From assembly GCA_951406725.2 (NCBI GenBank), contig OX597833.1, positions 28,768,001-28,832,000 of the forward strand: a stretch of 64,000 nt of DNA, written 5' to 3'. The stretch is from Octopus vulgaris (lineage: Eukaryota). The position numbers and the translations under genes were made by a program. Below are positions 48,946 to 62,771 of this stretch, piece by piece. The notes under the pieces are model-generated. The model was not told the origin of the DNA, searched no databases, and was given only the letters and a program-made list of their open reading frames with translations. Position 1 is the stretch's first letter; each line of letters starts with the position of its first letter.

Positions 48946-50341
48946 GTTCTTTATGTGAATAGATGCATAAACTTGGGTGTGTGGATCGATAGATCAACCA
49001 ACGCAAAAACTCAGCCACATATTTAGAATCGCCGGTAACGTTTTTAACTCAAAGAGTCTTGCCACATTGCTACCGACCGACACACAAATACATACATACA
49101 TGCATACACACACAGGTGACAAAAATACATACTTACACACATACACTCAAATACGTACATACACATACACACAAATACATACATACATACATACATACAT
49201 ACATGCATACATACATACATAATACATACCTACATGCATACATACATACATACATGCATACATACATACATAATACATACCTACATGCATACACGTATAC
49301 ATACATACATACGTACATACATACATACATACATACATACATACATACATACATACATACATACATACAGTGAACTCTGCTCTGTTTCGTTGATCTCTCT
49401 TCGGTTATCTATTTGACCCTTTCTCATGAAAACATCGGAAACAGACGATGAAAATTAAACTAGACAGCACAACAGGTAAAGCTCTGAGCTTTGTCGTGTG
49501 AACTGGGCCACACTAACTCACTCACCTGAATGAACATACAGAGGAATTATATAATGTTAATCCAGCACAACTAAGTTTAAAACTAGCCAAGGCAACTGAA
49601 ATGCAAGCGCGATCAATGGATGTAGCAGAATATTTTTATATTTATTTTGGAGAGAGTGAAGATGGTGGGATGGAAGAGTTGGTAGAGTGACAAATAGTAT
49701 GTCTTGCAGAGTTTGGTAAAATGACGAAGTCAGTAGAGTAGAGGTCAAAATATAATATACCCTGCAGTGAATGTACGAATTTATTGCAAATTCCACCAGC
49801 ATTAACATTACCTCTCATCGTTTTGGAATCAATAGAAATATAATCGATCTCTTCGACTATTCTACCGCCTGCTTCACCTCTCCTTGTATTTGTGTTCTGT
49901 GCTACTGTTAGAAACCATTATTAAGGCAGTGGTGTTGTGGATTTACTTGTGCCAAACAAAATGTTTTGGGATGTGATTATATACAAGTTCTAATCCCGGT
50001 GATATTGCTTTAGCATTTTTTCTTGAAGGCATTATTATTCAAGCTAAAGGAGAGACGTCTACGATGTAATGGAAATAGCAGCCAAATCTCCCTCAAACTA
50101 CACTCTACCATCTTAGAAACGTGTTCGACGGAATAAATAATGCACACCTATATACACTTTTATTAAAGTAAAAAAAAAAAGTAAAGTAGGACCCGAGGAG
50201 AATAAAGATAGTCTATTTCGTCCAATAGTAAGTAAAAGAGAGCTCAACATAGAATACAATATTTTGCTGTAAGGAAGAAGGGAAGCCTAATGTATCGGTA
50301 GATCCCTGCGGGAGAAACTTTATTAAAATTATTTCTGTTGC

Positions 50342-50372
<31 letters not shown>

Positions 50373-51125
50373 CATTATGTATATGTATGTATGTATGCAT
50401 AAATATATATCTGTGTGTGTGTGTGCTTGTGTGTGTGTGTTTGGCCCTCACCACGGATAACAACCGGTGTTGGTGCACTTACGTCCACATAAATTAGCGA
50501 TTCGGCAAAAGGGAATGATAAAACAAGTAACGGGTTTTAAAAATTCTGTGGTTGATTCGGTCTACTATAATTCTTCAAGGCAGTACCCCAGTATGGCTGC
50601 CGTCTAATAACTGGAACAATCAAAAGATCAAAAATAAACGATATAATTATTAATTCATAAAAAAAGTTCAGTAAAATTGCTGTGAAAATTATATTAATGA
50701 AAACCTGAGAGTTTTAGTATTTCTCCACGGTTGTTAATCGTCAGTCCCAATTATGAGTGGAGAGAAGAGTTTGTGTGTTTTACAACGAATGTCTTCTCTG
50801 GCATGTTTAATTATATTTCGTGCAAGAAGGCAATATCCACTCGGAGTCTCAGTAGTGTTGGTCAGAAAGAATAGACGAAAGGAATGATTTCATCATTGAT
50901 ACACGGTGCAAAGGCGCTCAAAGAGTTACTAATACACTATCAGCTTTTTATGTTTTACATGTGTGTGTGTTTGTATGTGTGTGTGCGTGCGTGTGCATGT
51001 ATGCAGGCATGCATGTCTATGCACATACATATATGTATATGTATATACAGATGCATTGATATATACCTGGACTTATGATTCTGTATGCATGTATATGTTT
51101 ATGCGTGTTTATATATATGTATATG

Positions 51126-51202
<77 letters not shown>

Positions 51203-51204
51203 TC

Positions 51205-51415
51205 TTTACTCTTTTACTTGTTTCAGTCATTTAACTGCGGCCATGCTGGAGCAGAACCTTTAGTCGAGCATATCGACCCCACGACTTATTTTTTGTACGC
51301 CTAGTACTTATTCTATCGGCCTTTTTCGCCGAACCACTAAGTTACGGGGACGTAAACACACCAACATCGGTTGTCAAGTGATGTTGGGGGGGGGGACAAA
51401 CACAGACACACAAAC
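51205..51415 (-). mobile_element. SINE family A, 3' half
   Basis: Reverse complement of 3940-4147. A more diverged plus-strand copy lies at 50445-50635. Confidence 0.8.
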
Positions 51416-51515
51416 GTATACACACCCCTATATATATACATATATACATGTGCATATGCACATATGCATATATATGCATGTAAATGCATATACACTCAAT
51501 ATATATGTGCAGTAC

Positions 51516-51576
<61 letters not shown>

Positions 51577-51734
51577 CATTTATATATATACCCATTTATA
51601 TAACGGACTCTACCGTCGAAAACGACGCATAGGTGTTCAGCGAGAATATAGAAAAACGAATACCAGATAGACAATGAACAACACACTCACATTACTATTA
51701 CTACTATTCACCAATGTTTGCAATTCATTCCCTT

Positions 51735-51940
51735 CACCTGGTGACTCCTCATGTCAGTCCTCAGGTCACCAAAAGCAATATGAATATGAGCATGAGCACG
51801 TGATCAAGCTGAGAAATCACAATGTGTACAATAGTGGCTTGCAGGAAAACTTGTTCTGCTCGTTTTCTTTTTCTATTTTTCTGTAACTGTTCTTCATGAA
51901 AAACCCTTTGAGTTTTGAAATTTTGAAGTTGGAAAAAGCA
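51735..51940 (-). mobile_element. Possible RTE-type LINE 3' end with C2H2-like zinc finger remnant
   Basis: Minus strand gives FHEEQLQKNRKRKRA, then in another frame YCTHCDFSA*SRAHAHIH. Confidence 0.45.
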
Positions 51941-52025
51941 CACTCTCCTCTAGCCTGTACGGTTTCTCGCAAGATTCTGAAAGTTTCTTTCAAGCATTAC
52001 AAATTATCTTACACACACGCGCGCG

Positions 52026-52069
<44 letters not shown>

Positions 52070-52256
52070 TAATAGCTTATATACATAGAGAAATTGAGGC
52101 TTAACTAGTCCCTTAGAAGTTAAGTCAATTTCATCCCTCACTAACCCCTCTTTATATATATGTGTGTGCGGGTGTGTTTGATAAGTGCCAACGTACGAAA
52201 CTCTCGGACCTTGAGTCACTCTCTTACTTCTACATATTAATAAAAATGTACATATA

Positions 52257-54404
52257 CAATAATACCTCGTAGTACGAGTTTAATTCGTTCCATGACCGAG
52301 CTCGCTTTACGATTTATTCGCTTTTCAAATCAATTTTCCCCATTGAAATTAACTAAAATATAATTAATCCATTCCAGCCCCACAAAGCCACCCTAAAATA
52401 ATTTTTATGGGTTTTAAAGCAAAAAAGGTGTAGTTACAAGTAAAATGACAGTTATAAAAAAAGAGAATACAGAAAAAATATGTAAACTGACTTGATTAAC
52501 TTAATTATCTTAAAGATTGGACGATTTGTGCGTGGGGATGACGATAGACCAGGTAGGAGGGGGATTACTGTTTGGAAGGAGAATCTCCTTCCATTAAGAC
52601 TTCAGGAAGGACAATTTCTGGCGTGTTTTCTCTCACTTCGCTTAATTTAGGCTCTTTGGACACGCTTTCTTTACTTTTTACACTTGCAGGTCGTTTCATA
52701 AGAAATATATAAAGAGAAGTCTGCTTTTTCCTGCCTTTCAAAATGTTACGAAAATGCGCCAGTGCAGTGTAATTAAATAAAGCAGCTGCACGACCTGTAG
52801 ATACTTTTACAGGATGATATTTCTCTACAAATTCAGAAACATATTGCCATTTTGCCAACACTGCCTTTATGTCAGTCGTAGAGATAGCATGCTCTGCAAC
52901 ACTGTCCTCCGCTACACTGCCAGGCTATATCAATGATTTTACAATGTTGTAGTTTACAATATTGTTGCAGTTTACAATTTTGTAGTGCTCCTTTCAAAAC
53001 TCACGAAGTGTTAGATTTGTATATTCGGCGACTTCAAAACACCGACGAAACAGGTGTTTGATGTACAACTTATTAAAATTAGAAATTACCTGTTGCTCCA
53101 TGAGCTGCAAGATAAGGATGGTGTTTGTTGCGTGAAAGGTACATAACTATTATAAAGTTAAATTCGTTCAGGATATCATTTTCGAGGTTAAGAGGGTGGG
53201 CAGGTTCACAGTCGAGGATGATGAGAGCCTTGACGGGAAGATTGTTCTCCAGAAGATACTTTTTCACTGCTGGTCTAAAGACAAGATTGACTCACTCGGA
53301 GAAGAATTGTCTGGTGACCCAAGCTTTAACGTTTGCCCTCCATATGACCTGCAGCTTCTCCTTCAGGATTTTGTGAGACTTGAACGCTCATGGGTTTTCG
53401 GAATGGTAGACAAGGAGCGGCTTAGTCTTCAAGTCTCCACTTGCATTGGCACAAAGGGCGAGAGGTAGCCTATCTTCTCCTCTGCGGTTATGTTGGTTCT
53501 TCTGGGCATTTTTTCCAAAAAAAGGCCATTTTTCTCACAGTTGAATACTTGTGCGATGTACCCCCCGGCTGCAATGAGCTGACGGAATTCACGCACGAAA
53601 TCTTCAGCTGCCTTCGTATCAGAGCTCGCTGCTTCTCCATACCTGACGGCGCTATGAACACCAGTTCTCTTCTTGAAATTATCAAACCAGCCGCGACTGG
53701 CCTTAAATGCATCCGCTGATGTTTCCTCTGTCGCTGTTCCAGGGTGTTGCTTCAGGATATCCCCATACAGCGCTCGTGCTTTCTCGCAGATGATGGTCTC
53801 CGTAATCGTATTCTCTGCAAGTTACTTCTAGTTGATCCACAGGAGAAGCAATTTTCCGATCCTTTCGTGGACAGATGTGCGTTGCTTAGAGAGCCTGGAG
53901 ATACCCTTTGCTGTTGTAATGGCCTTGATCTCATCCATTCTCTTCAGGATTGTGCAGATCGACGAAGTGCTTCGGTCGTATTGAGGTGTGATGTCCACTA
54001 CACGCATTCCTCTCTCATTTTTATCAATGATTTCTTTCTACAATTCTATCGTAATCAGTTTTTTCTTCTTTTCAGCACTGTCTTTTGCACTAATATTCTA
54101 AGGAGCCATGGCTAGCACAACTAATTATAAAATAAGAGCAAAATATATACAAAAATAAACAAAATTATTTGGGTAAAACATAACAGGGATGCTGCCACAA
54201 CGCGATAAACACGTGAACTGAGCGAGCGGAGGCTGCGCTTGTTGGAAGAGCGTGTGTGAGTTCAGCGTCGACTAGCGGTCGTTTGCATGAAACTCGGTCG
54301 TACTGCGAATTTCCGTTCGTGCTTCAAGACAAAATGTGCACGAGTCTCGGCTTGTACAGCAAACTACTCGTACAATGGTGCACTCGTACTGCGAGGTTCT
54401 ACTG
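52257..54404 (-). mobile_element. Tigger/pogo DNA transposon with decayed transposase
   Basis: TIRs CAATAATACCTCGTAGTACGAGT / ACTCGTACTGCGAGGTTCTACTG with TA flanks. Transposase fragments KKKLITIEL*KEII, FFWKKCP and ALIILDCEPAHP. Confidence 0.9.
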
Positions 54405-54470
54405 TACTCATATTTTGCGTAGTATTTTTCCTTTCTGTATCAACATCCCTATATATACATATAAATATAT

Positions 54471-55100
54471 AAAATTGTTATTAAATCGTGGTTTTGGCCG
54501 TGTTGGCTGCTATTTCTACCTATTAAAGGGTAGTTTTCTTTTGTGTTTAAATGTACACTATTTTAAAATATGAATATGTTGTCTACTGACTATTTATACA
54601 TGCTAGACCACATGTGGTGATATTTATAACGAATATTCGCTACCCTACATATGTATCTTATGAATATGTTCTTAGCATTCTCGAAGATTCGGCTCGGCAT
54701 TGTATTTATTGCCGACTGTAAATGTGCCTGCGCGCGAAGTTTTGAAAAATTATAACATATAATGACGGGGCACGTGTTCTTGTCTCTGAATTATAAGTAA
54801 TTTATTGAGGCCGGTTACTGATGAGAATTCGCCTGGCGATAATATTGTTTTGCTAAATTACCTACTAAAGGATGGCAAATAATCTTATCTTCTAAAGAAA
54901 TTCGAGACCATGTTGATACAGATGTTGATAACCGCTAATAAAAATAACAAGGTAAAAGTTTTTAGTTTTCAATTCCTTCGAAAATTGCTATTAAATCGTG
55001 GTTTTGGCCGTGTTGGCTGCTATTTCTAGCATGCAAAAATTACCTATTAAAGGGTAGTTTTCTTTTGTGTTTAAATGTACACTATTTTAAAATATGAATA
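54471..55100 (+). mobile_element. Non-coding unit with ~110-bp direct terminal repeats (period 510 bp) and a degenerate HHR
   Basis: 54471-54577 repeats at 54981-55100. Internal CGGTTA-CTGATGA-GAATT...AATTC-GAGA...TAACCG at 54812-54934. TA-rich flanks. Confidence 0.65.
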
Positions 55101-55169
55101 TCTATATATATATATACATACATACATATATATATATACATATATATACATACATATATATATATATAT

Positions 55170-55219
<50 letters not shown>

Positions 55220-55503
55220 ATAAATGTAAAAAAACACAAACTGGGACAAGAACGCAAAACATTTAGAAGACGATACAAAAAAAACGGACGGGACATTCGA
55301 AGCCTTCGATCTTCAGTCAAAAACCGGATCATCTTCGCAATTTCGGCTGATTAATTTTGAGATTGCTCCGACTTGGCCAGCCCCAAAGGAAAATCTAAGC
55401 CAAGCGCCTTAGATTCCTTGGAAGAAAGCCTCGAATGTATACAAAACAAGGACGGGAACGGATAAGAATACAAAAATACGTAAAAAATAATAATGATAAT
55501 TAT

Positions 55504-55905
55504 AGGCGTAGGAGTGGCTGCGTGGTAAGTAGTTTGCTTACCAGCCACATGGTTCCGGGTTCAGTCCCACTGCGTGGCACCTTGGGCAAGTGTCTTCTAC
55601 TATAGCCTCGGGCCGACCAAAGCCTTGAGTGGATTTGGTGGACGGAAACTGAAAGAAGCCCGTCGTATATATGTATATATATATATGTGTGCGTGTGTGT
55701 TTTTGTGTCTGTGTTTGTCCCCCTTGCATTGCTTGACAACCGATGCTGGTGTGTTTATGTCCCCGTCACTTAGCGGTTCGGCAAAAGAGACCGATAGAAT
55801 AAGTACTGGGCTTACAAAGAATAAGTTCCGGGGTCGAGTTGCTCGACTAAAGGCGGTGCTCCAGCATGGCCGCAGTCAAATGACTGAAACAAGTAAAAGA
55901 AAAAA
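55504..55905 (+). mobile_element. tRNA-derived SINE family A, full length
   Basis: Close homologue of 3681-4147, B box GGTTCAGTCC. Confidence 0.9.
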
Positions 55906-56336
55906 TAAAAGAAATAACACGAATAAGAATACGAAAATACGTAAAAACAATAATGATAATAATAATAACAAAAACAGGACGTTACAGACAGGTGTCTTTT
56001 CGACTGGACGGGTGAACTTGAGCTGGCGCATTGAAAAATTCCCTAAAGGCGAAGAGAGAAATAAAATGTATCTGGCCTATACGGCTGTTGATCACGAAAA
56101 GGCAGAACAGCAGACCAAAAGTTAGTCACGTGTGAGCGGGACAGAGGAAGAGAGAAAAAAGGGAACAAGGAACAAAGGAGGAGGAGGGGAGAGAGAGAGA
56201 AAGAGACGGGTCAAAGTGGAGTGCAAAGTGTGAAAGGCAGAGAAATGTAGGAGAGGGGGAGAGAGAGAGACAGTGTTGTAGAATCGTACCATGTATTAGA
56301 GAAAAAATGTATTTCACATACATATATATATATATA

Positions 56337-57656
56337 CTAGCAGCATAGCCCGGCGTTGCCCGGGTATGTAAGAAACTTTGTCGATAAGCAATGCCCTTTA
56401 CCTTTTTACCCTTTTTTGTACTCATTGAACCGTTATTTTGTAAAATGAAGCCTAAAAGGCATTAAGGCATTCAAGGCACCGTTCCCTTGCATGCATGAAG
56501 AAAATCTATGACAGTCAAAGTGCATTTTCTGGTTTTGTTTAGCACACCCAACCCAGTTCTGCGGAATCAGTGTCACGACGGGAACGCATGGGTTGGGAGT
56601 TTGACAGGCAGAGGTGATAAGGTTGCACATGCTGGCCCTTTTGACACCGCCCCACCGAACCCAAGTTGGGTTCGGACCACAGCTAAGCCCTATCTAATCC
56701 TAACCTAAATCTAGCGAAAGGGGGCTGGGGGCTCGGGAGCCTCTAGTAGGCAACGGCTAATCCCGATCTAGTCTTTTCCCTCTAGGGAACGAAGGCGCAT
56801 GTGTAGGTTGCAACGTCTTCTCTTCACTCCAATACTTCTGTGTATACGACGTTCCTAGCTGAAGTGGCAAAAATCGACTAAATCGCCTGAAATCCGCGAA
56901 CTATTTAACAAAAGTCAGTTTTGTAGGGTTCGCATGGTCGGTCTCAAAGTGATATGGTTTTGTCGATTTCTCCCAATACTTGTTAACTGCATTGACAAAA
57001 GGTCGTTAGTTTGACATTTAATGCAAACTTGATGTCCAACATTGGTGTAGGGAAAATCTATGTGAACTTTCAAAAATTATCACAGAAAATTCGGTTTGCT
57101 ATGTGTGCCACATATGATGTAATTAACCGATTTTTTCCAGTAATGACGTATCCTATTGGAATCAAAAGGACCATATAGCTTCTTGGAGCAGACATGATAC
57201 TAGCTGTGAATTTCAAAAAAATTCCTGCCAATTTGTTAAAGATATTGTCGAAAATATGTAATCTTGAATTTGAATGCGATTTCCCAAAATGGCATGATTT
57301 TATCGATTTTTTCTGATGGTAAGGTATTGCATGGAAAACTAACGTCAGAATTAAGTTCCTTAGGGTAACATTAAACTTCAACATGAGTCTGGTGAAAATC
57401 GATTGCAAGTTGCGAAAACTACAACGGAAAATGTGTTGCATATGATAAGCTTAGATTCTCGACCCCATGTCGAATTTATTGATTTTTTTCAGAACTGGGG
57501 GAACTTTTCAAAATTTTCGCTGGGTTAGTTTTGAATTATGACATTGGGCTATGTGTGTGTCAAGTTTCATCAGAATCGGTTGAAAGCCGTGGTCAGGGTC
57601 AGGGTACAACCTGACAGACACACAGACAGACAAACTGCCTTTTATATATATAAAGA
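56337..57656 (-). mobile_element. Non-autonomous Helitron
   Basis: Minus strand 5' end TCTTTATATATATAAAAGG, 3' hairpin CCCGGGCAACGCCGGG plus CTAG, A|T insertion site in (TA)n. Confidence 0.85.
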
Positions 57657-57708
57657 TATATATACATACATACATACATACATACACATACATACATACA
57701 TACATACA

Positions 57709-57776
<68 letters not shown>

Positions 57777-57778
57777 CA

Positions 57779-58704
57779 TAAAGCAAATGCACCCGTCCTT
57801 TGGGCGGTTTAAATTGCTTTGGTATTTTTTAAACCAAATAATTGAACTACCGAGAAGGTTTATGAGTAACACGGCAATCTATGCTTTCGATTAACCTAGG
57901 AATGGAAAATCGAATTGAAGGCTGGTTATTGTGGAAGTCGTTGCACTTTAATGTTCATGGAACATATAAGTTTGCAAGCGATGTAAAGTATAGCTACTGA
58001 AGTGTTTTGGGAGTAGATTACAGATAATGTCTACAAACTATAGTTGTTTTACATGAAAGCGAAATTTATTGTCAGAAGCAGCCATATAAATGGTGTAAGG
58101 AAATTGAAGGAAGACGTTGAAACTTCCCCTCTGCGAGTTTATTTTTCTCAACAGCAAAGGGAGTAATTTCTTCGGAGAGATAAGCAAACAAAATCCCCCT
58201 TTATTCTGTCTTCCCACATAGCCTGCGCTTAAACTAACAGTGAATGCGGCATAAAGTTAAATTGGCGTGAAGCTTTCTGAAAATACGTATAGCTTTTGCT
58301 AGTAGAAACAAGACTGTTATCTAATGATTGATTCTTTGGTCTACGAATCATAAGTGATTGTTTAAAAAAAGCTAAATCGACAATGCTAAAATGTATTTGA
58401 AACAATGGACAACAGTCAAAATATAATGGATGGGTAAATAAACATCCTTAAAGTGACACAACGCATTGGTAGGTAAATAAGGGTATCAACAGATAGAAGA
58501 CAGGGAAGGGAACATCACCTCTCATGTAATTTAGGATAGGTAAAGGTAAGCTTGTCAAAGTTTGATGCAGTTTGAATATGGAGATTAAGATTTTTTGGTA
58601 TTGGATAACCCTCGCGTACAGTGTTCCTAGTCAATTTAATCATGGTGGCAGGTGGACTGTCGAAATAAATAAATAGACAAAATCCTTTCACTTTTATATA
58701 AAGA
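57779..58704 (-). mobile_element. Non-autonomous Helitron with degenerate 3' end, followed by another 5' Helitron piece to 58913
   Basis: Minus strand 5' end TCTTTATATAAAAG and 3' hairpin ACCGCCCAAAGGACGGGT. Confidence 0.65.
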
Positions 58705-58912
58705 TTAAAAAAGTATGTAAGATCCTACACACAAAAAAAACTATGTCCATTTAGGTCCATTTACGCAGGAACTCTGGGCAAAATGTTTAGTGCATGACCA
58801 TCCTTGAGACATAAGTAATGTGTGTGTAAAGTTTGGTGAAAATCGGGTGAGAATTGTGGAAATGTATGCGTTAGTCATTATACACACACATACTGTGATT
58901 TATCTATACTAG

Positions 58913-58960
<48 letters not shown>

Positions 58961-58962
58961 TG

Positions 58963-59026
<64 letters not shown>

Positions 59027-59058
59027 TGTATGTATGTATATATATATATATATATCTG

Positions 59059-59100
<42 letters not shown>

Positions 59101-59236
59101 TGTATGTATATATCTGTATGTATGTATATATATATATATATATGTATGTATGTAAATATATGTATGTATGTATATATATATGAATGTATGTAAATATATG
59201 TATGTATATATATGTGTTTGTATATATGTATGTGTA

Positions 59237-60271
59237 TCTTTATATATATAAAACTGAGGATGTGTGTCTGTCTGTCTGTCTGTATGTATGTTTCCCTTAA
59301 ACTTGAGAACTACACAACCAATTTCATTCAAATTTTACGCATGCCTTACTTAGGGTCCATGTAGTTTCATGGGTAAAAAAAAATGTTCAACTTCTTACCT
59401 AGAGCAAGCCCATAGCAATATCATATCTTCTCCACTATTACGTGTTAAAAGTGAAACAAAAATATTTCTCTATTTTATGTCAGATGCTTTCACTTTAACA
59501 ATAAAAATAATAATAACAATTGAATTATATGTTGTAAGTAATAATTAAAATCAAACTAAAGTATAATATAATCGTAACATAACAAAAGTAAAAATAGCAA
59601 TTGGTATAAAATTGCATCAATGATTTGAACTTGAATAAGTGGTTTCACATGAATGGGAATAAATTAAAAATAAAATTAGCCTGCAGAAATGGAATAGTCC
59701 AGATGGATAATAAAAAATTAGATTAAAGAAAAGACTATTGTCTATAAAGTATGCAATGTAGAGAAAAAAGATTTGAACACATGGAGGAAAGCACCTTCGA
59801 AAAGTGTCTTGGTGCGACTATGAAAGATATCTAATCAGAGGCGGTAAATTTGCCACAATAGAAACAAGGTTCGAGTCAACGGAGCATGCAAGGGAGTACT
59901 CGACTCGAATTTGCAAAGTGGAAATATTTTACCTTTACCTTTATATCTGGGACGTAGGACGTCCCGGAAAAAAATTTAAAATGCCCCCCCCCCCCCCGAA
60001 GTAGAGATAGGCTGGATTGTAACCACACTTCTATACAAGAGGGAGGACAAGATACAATTGATCGAAATTACAAGAGACGGGCTAACAATTCCAGTCTGTT
60101 ATATATTTTGAGTATTGTTATCACTAGCGATATCAAGATATAACTTTGTATTTTGCATTTTATGTGTAGATGTATATATATATAGATCTACATGTAATAT
60201 GTACACATATATATACACATATATACATGCACTAGCACTATGACCCGGCAACGACGGGTCTTTAATGCTAG
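59237..60271 (+). mobile_element. Non-autonomous Helitron
   Basis: 5' A|TCTTTATATATATAAAA followed by (GTCT)n, 3' hairpin GACCCG-GCAACGA-CGGGTC and CTAG|T. Confidence 0.75.
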
Positions 60272-60330
60272 TATATATATATGCATGCATGTGTATGTAT
60301 GTGTATATATATTGGTAATATATATATATA

Positions 60331-62448
60331 TTTGATTTGATCTAGTTTCAGCTCATGAGCTGTGGCCATGCTGGGGCACTGCCATTTGGTGTTGCTACAT
60401 AATTTTGCTTCACTAATTCTTTTTAGAAATCGACATTTGGTGCATGAGGGAGTTTGATGCCGCTGTCCTCATCTGCACTTCCTGCTGTGAAGTTGGTTCA
60501 TCTGGGACACTTGACAGTAGGTCTCTCAGGTTCTTCGGGAGGATATTGAGCTGTCGGCCTTTAAAGCCCAGGTTGTCGCAATATCTTGTCTTATACCTTA
60601 ATGGTAAAGTTGAAGTCTTTGGCACTATGCAGTGGCCCCCTATTCTAGCATTAGTATAACTCTCGATGCCGACGTTTAGGACAAGTCCATCTAGGATCTT
60701 CCAGATGGCATATCTTATGGCCTATTTTATGGCATATCTTTCCCGCCTACGCTCTAGGGAACAGAGTCTCAATCTCTTGAGTCTTTCCCAGTAGCTTATT
60801 TGCTGCATAGAGGCTATCTTCTTCGTTGGATTGCCTCAAGTTCTGCAATTAATTTTACACTGGTTGGTGACCATAGCTGGAAGCAATAGTCAAAACAGCT
60901 TAGGACAACTGCCCTCCAGCGGACCATCATGGTTTCCTGATTTCTCGTTCTAAAAGTTCTAAGAATCCATCCGGTCAGCCCCTCTATTTCATTGCCAAGT
61001 TAGCAATATGCACATGGAAGGATGCATCATTACTCATGTAAATGCCCAGGCCTCGCATTGACTTTGTTTCTGGGATTGCAATCCCTTTAGGTCCAGTGTA
61101 TTTAACTGGTATTGCATTTAGCACAAGGCTTGAAACTTTTCAGCATTAAATTGCATGCTATTCTTCTCAGCCCATTTGTATATTTCATCCAACTCACGTT
61201 GCAGGTGCATAGCGTCTTAAAGGTTCTGTATCACCTGTAAGACTTTTGTATCATCTGCATAATTAGTGATGGTGACTCTCTGTGTGGCTGAGGGCATATC
61301 TGAGAGGGTCATTATGAACAGTAGTGGTCCCAAGACAGTGCCTTGTGGAACACGGCTCACTATTTGTGTGTCACTGGAGGTGGCCCCATTGGCTACTCCC
61401 ACCTGACTCCTATCCTTCAAAAAGTCATGCAGCCATTCTCCTAATTTTCCGACTATGCCGAGATCACGCAGTTTGTGACATATTCCATGATCGACTTTAT
61501 CGAAGGCCTTTGCAAAGTAGAAATATATCACATCCACATTTGAGTGGTTGAGCAGCTGTTTCAACAACCAGTCATAGCGTTGTAAGAGCTGAATCAAGCA
61601 GCTTCTTCCTGGTTGGAAACCATGTTGGGTGTCAGTCAGCAAGTCATTTTCTTCAAGGAAGATGGTTAGTTTTCTTCTGACTATTCATTCCATGACTTTG
61701 CTGATGTGCGAAGTCAGAGAGATAGTCTGTAGTTTTTGGCCTCTGCTCTGCTACCGCCTTTATGAATACGGCATATTTTACCTTCCTCCAGCTTGCTTGG
61801 AAGTTTGTCTGTTGCAAAGAAGCTCTGGAAGAGGGAATGCAGTGGTCTTGCTAGAACTCGCTTACATGATTTTCATCTATAGCCCTTATTATATCGTCTT
61901 ATTTTATATTGATGTAATTAATCATCACTGCCTCTGTTTTTATATCTGCAGTGGTAAAAAAAAGTCAGTTGGATTGCTGACTTGCAAGTGTCCTAGGGTG
62001 GACTGAAAATACTTCTGAATTACTCATTTAGTATTTTACTTATCCTCCTCTTTGGGGTTTCCTGTGAGTGAACCATCTTTTTCGAGGAGTGGCCCTACCC
62101 TGCAGTGCACTGAGGCTGTTTCTTTGACAAACTTGTAGAAGGCTCTGGGGTTAGATTTTATGTTGTCTTTAGCTTAGGCTTCTTTGTCTGCTCTTTCTTA
62201 TTCATGGGTGAGTTGCAGATTGTTTTTCAATCTCCAGCAGTTGTATTTTCAGGCTGGATTTCTCAGTGCTTTCAGTTTGTGTTTAGGCGATTTGAAATCT
62301 TTGTATGCCGTCTCATAAAAGTTTTCCTCTACCTCGGGATTTTGTTCTTGAGTACAGTGGCCGTTCTCTCCGGGACACATTTGTAGCATATGTCTTGCAT
62401 TACAGACATGAATTGTTGAAGTTTCATGTCGATGTCCGGTGAGGAGAG
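60331..62448 (-). mobile_element. Second, older 5'-truncated copy of the CR1/L2-group LINE
   Basis: Colinear with 27270-29490. Motifs QHGFQPGRSC, FAKAFDKVDHG, VPQGTVLGP and YADDTK, with many indels. Confidence 0.93.
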
Positions 62449-62516
62449 AAGATATGTATATATATAAATATGTGTATGTGTATGTGTGAGCGTGTGTTTA
62501 TTTATATATGTATGTC

Positions 62517-62563
<47 letters not shown>

Positions 62564-62582
62564 ATGAATGTCTATATATATG

Positions 62583-62641
<59 letters not shown>

Positions 62642-62715
62642 GTATGTATATGTATGTATGTATGTGAATATATATATATGTATGTGTATATATGTATATG
62701 TAGACATATGTATGC

Positions 62716-62770
<55 letters not shown>

Positions 62771-62771
<1 letters not shown>

